Source: Pseudomonadota bacterium (GTDB taxonomy: Bacteria > Pseudomonadota > Gammaproteobacteria > Burkholderiales > Rhodocyclaceae). From it: a stretch of 57,998 nt of DNA. Both the position numbers and the translations under genes were made by a program. Under the pieces are notes generated by a model. It did no database searches. It saw nothing but the letters and a program-made list of their open reading frames with translations, and was not told the origin of the DNA. Positions 53,801-57,998 of this stretch are shown here, piece after piece (position 1 is the first letter of the stretch; each line of letters starts with the position of its first letter). Location of the stretch: the NCBI GenBank assembly GCA_049320945.1, contig JBMOQT010000278.1, positions 1 to 57,998 on the forward strand, written 5' to 3'.

Positions 53801-54033
53801 TTCGGCGTTCCCCGCAGCGCCTGCTCCATCGGAAGGGTGATCAGCTCCTCCACCTCGCTGGCGGTCATGCCGATGCCTTCCGTCTGGATTTCCACCTTGG
53901 GCGGCGCGAACTCGGGGAATACATCGACCGGCATCTTGCGCAGTTGCTCGGTTCCAAAGAACAACAGCGCAGCGGCGACGGCCACCACCAGGAAGCGGAA
54001 CTTGAGGCTGGAGCCAATAATCCATCTGAACAT
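50890..54033 (-). CDS. RND superfamily efflux permease, copy 1
   Basis: ATG 54033 is preceded by GAGGAGAGG, and the product begins MFRWIIGSSLKFRF. TM4 motif VVDDAIIDVEN. 1047 aa. The track ORF extension to 54150 is not supported. Confidence 0.88.
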   Translation of the reverse strand: MFRWIIGSSLKFRFLVVAVAAALLFFGTEQLRKMPVDVFPEFAPPKVEIQTEGIGMTASEVEELITLPMEQALRGTPNVDVIRSSSVEGLSQIVLWFKLGTDLMDARQRVQERLQLAIADLPSSSGMPVILQPLSSTSRAMKIGISSKVYDMMDLSMIAYWTIKFRLMSVPGVANVPIWGERIKALHVQFDPDLMRAHNVTLDEVMETTSNALDFSLLQYTRHAKTRIHGMFDTPNQRLVIHYESPVFTPEQLAQVPIAVKTRRADPPRLGDVARLTWDTWPLLGDSVINDGVGLMMIVEKLPWANTLEVTRGVEAALAELRPGLPGIDIDSTIFRPATFIDLSIDNLTRALIIGAVLVIIVLGAFLYEWRVALISITAIPLSLVAAGVVLYFQGATINTMVLAGFIVALGDVVDDAIIDVENIVRRLREHRRAGSDKSTARIILEASVEVRSAIVHATLIVVLAVTPVFFMGGLAGAFFEPLALAYLTAMLASMVVACTVTPALCLLLLRGRALEHRQSPLVPWLKKHYHALLARAVRAPGATLATAIAVAVAGVAVWPFLGHSLLPEFKERDFLMHWVPPEGTSHPETFRITQLASRELRSIPGVRNFGAHIGRAVGGDEPYGVNFTENWISVDPKVDYDKTRAAVEAAVAGYPGLYRDVQTYLRERIKEVLTGAGESIVVRIFGDELPVLRQKARDVEDALKDIPGLVDLHMEQQIEIPQIRIRLNLDAAARHGVKPGDIRVAVAALMAGIEVTDVHRLGKVYDVFVWASEARRRDLHSIREYLINTPYGGRVRLGEVADVELVPTPNKIKRENMSRRIDVHANVKGRDLGAVANEVAERLAKVEFPVGYHPQLLGEYKERKAAQHNLLIASIGVAIAIVFILQATFRNWRLAGLIYLALPAALVGSLLATFAVGRVVSLGSLVGVITVLGLSARNSILLIEHYRHLEREEGEPFGLGLIMRGASERLSPILMTSLSAALALLPLIVPGSIPGHEVEYPMAVAILGGLVTSMLLSLFVVPVLYLKFGAVRSSEAGAVSVRGSSG

Positions 54034-54313
54034 CGACAATACCTCTCCTCGCACAGTCCGTTGCTGTGCAAGTTCTCTGACCGCCGACGGAATTATTAGC
54101 CCTCGCAGCGCTGACCCATGTGCGCAGTCCGTGAGCTCGGACGCACGCAACGGGTCACCATGTTTCGGGTTAGTTCAGGCCAAGTGCGAAGTCAACCTAT
54201 CGACTCCGACTGCCACGGAGGCATACCATGCCCTGACTGGCTGATTGAGTGGACCGCCAAAGGACGGCGGTCCATACTTTGCACCGTGCGCACCAGCCAG
54301 GGGGGAAGATCCC

Positions 54314-55975
54314 GTGGAGCGGGCGGTCCAATCAGCCACCGAAGCCGTCGTCGTCCGGCATTTCCGCCAGATCCTGCTGTGGCCGCTGCAACTGGTTCCG
54401 GTCAAGCCCGGCGACCAGATTCAGCGGCACTGGCAGTACCTGGAGCGGGCCGGCGACCACCCGTGGCGGGAGGTGGCCGACGAGTTCACCGGCGACCCGT
54501 TGGAGTTCAAGGAACGCCACTACGCCGAGTTCGTCACCTTCCTGCCCCATGTGCAGCGTTTCCTGTACGGTGAGGGGGTGGGTGCGGGCCCGGGATCGGG
54601 CTACGGCGAGTCACCGATCCGCGTGTTCCGGCGTCGCGACGTGGCCGCAGTACGCATCGTCTCCCGCCACAGGGACGAACCCCTGGTGTTCCAGGTGGCC
54701 CATGTGGACCTCTATTTCTTCTACGATCTGGACGTCGTCATCCTGGCGCTGGAGGTGTTCGCCGACGACCTGGAACTGGGCCGGGTCCAGGATGCCCTGT
54801 ACCGCTTCGGGCGCGCCTATCCTCCCTACTGGAACCCGGACGGAACGGGGGCCCACTGCCCGAAGCGGGTGGAGTGGCTGGCGGCCGACGGCACGGTGCT
54901 CTCGGTATCGGACTACGAGCGGCGGGAGAAATATCTTGCGTTCGTCTGCCGCCATCGGGCGCCGTGCATCGCCTCCCACTGGGAGTATCTGCTCAGCCCC
55001 ATGGTGCTGCACCATTCGGACGCGCCCGGCGCGATGCGCTACCGCCAGATCGAGTACCACCGCATGCCCCTCATGGGCTTTCTCTCCCTGGACGACCCTC
55101 ATGCGCTGACCCGCGCCCAGTTCGTGCGCCTGGGCCTGGTGACCGCGCCGGGCAACCCGGATGCGCTGCCCTATGCCGAGGGCCACGTGGCGGACTTCGA
55201 GACCCGGTATTGCTACGACCGCTACTGGGAGGAGGGGGAGGCCAGCACCGACACCCGTTTCCTGTGCTGCGGCCACGCCCTGATGATGGTGGGCAACCAC
55301 AACGAGGCCCTGTTCGAGGATCCGGAAACGGGGCTGCTGTCCCAGTTCCGGCACCAGTATTTCCTGCTGTTCCTGATCGCCCACCTGCACAAGGCGGCCC
55401 TGCTCATGTTGTCCGACCGGCTGGTGGTGGCAATCAGCAAGCTGGACATCCACGATGCGGAGTCGGTGAAGCAGTTCAAGCGCATCATCCGCCAGACCCT
55501 GGAGATCTTCCTGCGCTTCACCCACCGCTACTGGTTCCACGAGATCTCTGACCAGGTCCAGATCAAGGGCCTGTTCCGCATGGCCGCCGAGCATCTCGGC
55601 ACCGACCGGTTGTACGCGGAGGTGCGCGAGGAGATCGAGGACATGAGCCAGTACCTGGAAAGCGACACCCTGCGCCGCCAGGCCAACACCGTGATCCGGC
55701 TCACCGTGGTAACCGTGTTCGGCCTGATCGGCACCCTCACCACCGGCTTCCTGGGCATGAACCTCCTGGCCGCCGCCGACTGGCCCCTTGGTCAGCGGCT
55801 GGCCTTTTTCATCGCCATTACGCTTCCCGTCATCGCCCTCACCCTGTACACGGTGGTGAAGTCGAAGCGCCTGTCCGACTTCCTGGAGGCGCTCTCCGAC
55901 GAGCGCCTGCCGTCCCACGCCAAGCTTGCCGCCCTGCTCGATGTATGGCGCAGGAGAGCGCCGCGCCATCCATGA
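54314..55975 (+). CDS. CorA-like divalent-cation channel family protein with oversized N-terminal domain
   Basis: C-terminal TM1-GFLGMNL-TM2 (GMN signature). The start is uncertain: I prefer GTG 54314 (GGGGGAAG 5 nt upstream) over the track TTG 54245. Confidence 0.7.
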   Translation: MERAVQSATEAVVVRHFRQILLWPLQLVPVKPGDQIQRHWQYLERAGDHPWREVADEFTGDPLEFKERHYAEFVTFLPHVQRFLYGEGVGAGPGSGYGESPIRVFRRRDVAAVRIVSRHRDEPLVFQVAHVDLYFFYDLDVVILALEVFADDLELGRVQDALYRFGRAYPPYWNPDGTGAHCPKRVEWLAADGTVLSVSDYERREKYLAFVCRHRAPCIASHWEYLLSPMVLHHSDAPGAMRYRQIEYHRMPLMGFLSLDDPHALTRAQFVRLGLVTAPGNPDALPYAEGHVADFETRYCYDRYWEEGEASTDTRFLCCGHALMMVGNHNEALFEDPETGLLSQFRHQYFLLFLIAHLHKAALLMLSDRLVVAISKLDIHDAESVKQFKRIIRQTLEIFLRFTHRYWFHEISDQVQIKGLFRMAAEHLGTDRLYAEVREEIEDMSQYLESDTLRRQANTVIRLTVVTVFGLIGTLTTGFLGMNLLAAADWPLGQRLAFFIAITLPVIALTLYTVVKSKRLSDFLEALSDERLPSHAKLAALLDVWRRRAPRHP

Positions 55976-56047
55976 CAACCGCATGATCCGAGCTTGTCGG
56001 AAAAATCCTGACTGATCTTTTTGTCGGTCGCGCCTACAATCGCGCCC

Positions 56048-57238
56048 ATGCCGCCCTCGCCGGAATTCGCCGAACTGGAGAAAAAGCGCGCCGAGCTGGA
56101 GGCGCTCGAGCAGCGCCTCGCCGAGCGGGAACTGGAGCTATCGACCCTGGAGTCGGAACTGGCGGCGTTTCATGCCCAATGCGTAAAGCGCCTGGGGCCG
56201 CTGTTCGCGCGGCTCGACGAGCTGCGCGCCCGGCTGGCGGCGGCCCGTGCGCGCACGCGGCCGTTGGACGCCGGTGCCGGGCACGAGGCGGACGAGGCGC
56301 ACAGCCGCGCCTTCGATACGGCGCAGCAGGCGGCCTTCTATGCCGCGCTGCCGGACGCCCCCGATTTCGATCCGCCGCCGGACACCAGGCAGCTCTACCG
56401 GGAGGCGGCGCGGCGCCTGCATCCGGACCGGGCAGTGAGTGATGCCGACCGGCAGCGGCGCACGGAGCTGATGGCCCGCGCCAACCGGGCCTACCGTGCG
56501 GGTGACCGGGCGGGGTTGGAGGCACTGCTGCGGGAAGCCGCCGACGCGCCGGAGGAGGTCATGGGCGAGGACGTGGCGGCGGCGCTCATTCGCGCCATCC
56601 GCCACATCGCGCGCATCACCAGGCGCCTGGAGGAAATCGACGAGCGCATCGCGGCCCTGTCTGCCAGCGACATCCACCGGCTGATGCAGCGGGTGCGCGA
56701 GGAGGCGGCCCTGGGACGCGATCCTTTCGGCGAGCTGGCCCACAACCTGGAGCGGGAAATCGCCGCGGCAAGGGCCGCGCTCGCCGCCGTGGAAGCCGGG
56801 CCGGCGGCCGAGGTCGAGGCGGCTGATGTGCCGCCGGAGGCGTCGGTCCTTGCCGAGGAGCTGTGCGCCGAGCCTGCCGAGCGCCGCCATGCCACGCCGC
56901 GCGGGGAACCGGTGCGGCACGCGGCGGAGGCGGCCATCGCCGCCGTGCTGCACGAACTGGGGCTGGACTACCGCTATGAGCAGCCCATCGTCGGCACCCT
57001 CGCACCCGGCATTCGCCGGCCCAGCTTCGCCCTGCGCGACCGGCAGGGCCGCTGGCTGATCTGGCAGCACCTGCCCGCCGCCGCCGATGGGGAGGCGGTG
57101 CAACGGCGCTGCGCCTGGTTCGAACGCAACGGCTATGTGCGGGGTATCAATCTGTTCCTGACGGAAGACACGCCCGGAGGGGCGCCGGACCCGGTCCAGC
57201 TGCGGCGCATCGCCGAGTATCTGAAGGCGGTGCTGTAG
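56048..57238 (+). CDS. J-domain (HPD) protein with N-terminal coiled coil and C-terminal degenerate nuclease-like domain
   Basis: LYREAARRLHPDRAVSDADRQRRTELMARANRAYRAGD corresponds to J-domain helices II-III with HPD. The coiled coil is ELEKKRAELEALEQRLAERELEL. I use ATG 56048; the track start 56021 is a TTG. Confidence 0.7.
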   Translation: MPPSPEFAELEKKRAELEALEQRLAERELELSTLESELAAFHAQCVKRLGPLFARLDELRARLAAARARTRPLDAGAGHEADEAHSRAFDTAQQAAFYAALPDAPDFDPPPDTRQLYREAARRLHPDRAVSDADRQRRTELMARANRAYRAGDRAGLEALLREAADAPEEVMGEDVAAALIRAIRHIARITRRLEEIDERIAALSASDIHRLMQRVREEAALGRDPFGELAHNLEREIAAARAALAAVEAGPAAEVEAADVPPEASVLAEELCAEPAERRHATPRGEPVRHAAEAAIAAVLHELGLDYRYEQPIVGTLAPGIRRPSFALRDRQGRWLIWQHLPAAADGEAVQRRCAWFERNGYVRGINLFLTEDTPGGAPDPVQLRRIAEYLKAVL

Positions 57239-57253
57239 CCGCTGCCGGGGAGG

Positions 57254-57282
57254 CGGCGGCAGGCGCTGCACGCCTGCCGCCG
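57254..57282 (+). terminator. GC-rich hairpin after the J-domain gene
   Basis: CGGCGGCAGGCG-ctgca-CGCCTGCCGCCG, a 12-bp perfect stem 16 nt after the stop. No U-tract. Confidence 0.45.
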
Positions 57283-57380
57283 GGGGACGGCCGCCGTGTG
57301 AAACCGAGCCGGTGTCGCTGTGTCCCGGCCCCTCTTGCCGGGGGCCGTGGCGTAACGGCGGCCGCCGATGGTACTGGAGC

Positions 57381-57677
57381 TCAGCTGGCCCGCGGCGCGC
57401 GGCTGCGGGCGGCCTTCTTCAATTCCTTGAACAGGGCGGCGTCGGTGGCCTTGAGGTATTCCACCACTTCCCAGTCTTCCCGGCGGATCTTGCCGATGTC
57501 GATGCGCTCCAGGTACACCAGGCGCAGCAGCTCCTGCACCGGCTTGGGCATGGAACGGCCGCTCTCGTAACGGGATCCGCCGCTCTGGGTGACGCCCAGC
57601 CTGGACCAGAACTGCTGCTGATTGAGGCCCAGCTTGCGGCGAATCTCCCGGGCGTCCAGCTTCTCGGCTGCTTTCAA
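57381..57677 (-). CDS. small XRE-family helix-turn-helix regulator
   Basis: HTH IRRKLGLNQQQFWSRLGVTQSGGSRYESG. I place the start at TTG 57677, 7 nt after AGGAG. The track's upstream extension (MPYWYVES...) looks non-coding. Confidence 0.65.
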   Translation of the reverse strand: MKAAEKLDAREIRRKLGLNQQQFWSRLGVTQSGGSRYESGRSMPKPVQELLRLVYLERIDIGKIRREDWEVVEYLKATDAALFKELKKAARSRAPRAS

Positions 57678-57824
57678 TTGATATCTCCTCGTCGTTCGTT
57701 GTATCGGAATATAACCAAAGTAATACGGGACGAAGTATATCAATATACTTTCGACATACCAGTACGGCATATGCCGAATATTCTGTAGGGTTTTGTCCGA
57801 CAGCCGCCTTACTGAATATCACGG

Positions 57825-57843
57825 AAATGGCTGACAGCCATTT
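57825..57843. promoter_or_regulatory. 9-bp-arm palindrome upstream of the XRE gene (operator candidate)
   Basis: AAATGGCTG-a-CAGCCATTT, read directly. A related GACAGCC half-site is at 57799-57805. Confidence 0.4.
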
Positions 57844-57854
57844 TCGTCACGACG

Positions 57855-57998
57855 CTCCCCTCGCCCGCAATCCCTCATCCCCGACCCTTCCCCCGGAGGG
57901 GGAAGGGAGGCTCGACCCTCCTCTCTCCCTCCGGGAGAGAGGCCGGGAGAGAGGGTTGGCGGGAGAGGGGCTGGGGGTGAGGGCTGAGCAAAGCTCAG
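57855..57998. repeat. cluster of GC-rich short inverted repeats (REP/MITE-like), cut by window end
   Basis: CCCTTCCCCC-gga-GGGGGAAGGG (57885-57907). CCTCTCTCCC-tcc-GGGAGAGAGG (57920-57942), with a second GGGAGAGAGGG copy at 57945-57955. CCCTCATCCCC versus GGGGGTGAGGG. Confidence 0.5.

Noticed and set aside
45999-54033. Labelling the two RND pumps as CzcA/CusA heavy-metal exporters
   Set aside because: The TM4 motifs contain an AcrB-like Asp-Asp pair rather than the metal-pump patterns I recall. No metal-binding periplasmic chaperone or two-component metal sensor is nearby. I keep them as generic RND permeases.
54314-55975. CorA-like protein as a CRISPR/CBASS-type membrane effector of a defence system
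   Set aside because: CorA-family effectors are known next to some type III CRISPR loci. Here there are no cas genes, no cyclase and no nuclease/NrN partner genes nearby. The neighbours are an efflux cluster and a J-domain protein.
54611-55984. 457-aa minus-strand ORF opposite the CorA-like gene
   Set aside because: The plus-strand frame carries the GMN/TM signature and sensible composition. The minus-strand product is a shadow-type sequence.
57850-57998. Possible CRISPR array or tandem repeat at the window end
   Set aside because: The repeats are short inverted G/C-rich motifs of varying sequence, without regular repeat-spacer periodicity. No cas genes are present in the window.

Overview
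Visibly GC-rich chromosomal segment of about 58 kb. Protein sequences and gene order look betaproteobacterial, which is an inference I cannot verify here. Most of the long ORFs in the six-frame track are GC-driven antisense shadows. After removing them I call about 55 genes.

Gene content, in order:
- pyrF (partial) and a malonyl-CoA decarboxylase.
- A complete B12-dependent methylmalonyl pathway: epimerase, pccA, pccB, meaB, mcm, with a GntR regulator.
- A vapBC toxin-antitoxin pair.
- A crotonase, then a selenocysteine island. It holds a SAM methyltransferase whose in-frame UGA plus SECIS hairpin the ORF track misses, followed by selA, selB and tRNA-Sec.
- A bdh / acyl-CoA synthetase / thiolase operon with a PAS-LuxR regulator.
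- An 11.4 kb single-strand super-operon: HAD dehalogenase, two-Cys maleate-isomerase-like enzyme, TRAP dctPQM, malonate decarboxylase mdcACDEGBH and a TauE exporter, with a divergent GntR regulator.
- TauE, an EVE-domain gene, 6S RNA, zapA and a zapB-like gene.
- A cobalamin riboswitch followed by btuB, an ABC permease and ATPase, cobO and cobB.
- phhB, then a phasin-like protein with an ABC1 kinase.
- A tight six-gene envelope cluster: two paralogous RND pumps, one hairpin-less adaptor, an AlgE-like barrel instead of a TolC-family channel, and two secreted unknowns.
- A large CorA-like GMN channel protein, a J-domain protein with a degenerate nuclease-like tail, and a small XRE regulator next to GC-rich hairpin repeats.

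Best candidates for something new:
- The recoded selenoprotein methyltransferase and its dedicated Sec machinery.
- The dual-RND / AlgE-like export cluster.
- The dehalogenase-isomerase extension of the malonate decarboxylase operon.

No CRISPR array, integrase or transposase was seen. All family assignments come from reading motifs by eye; no searches were run.
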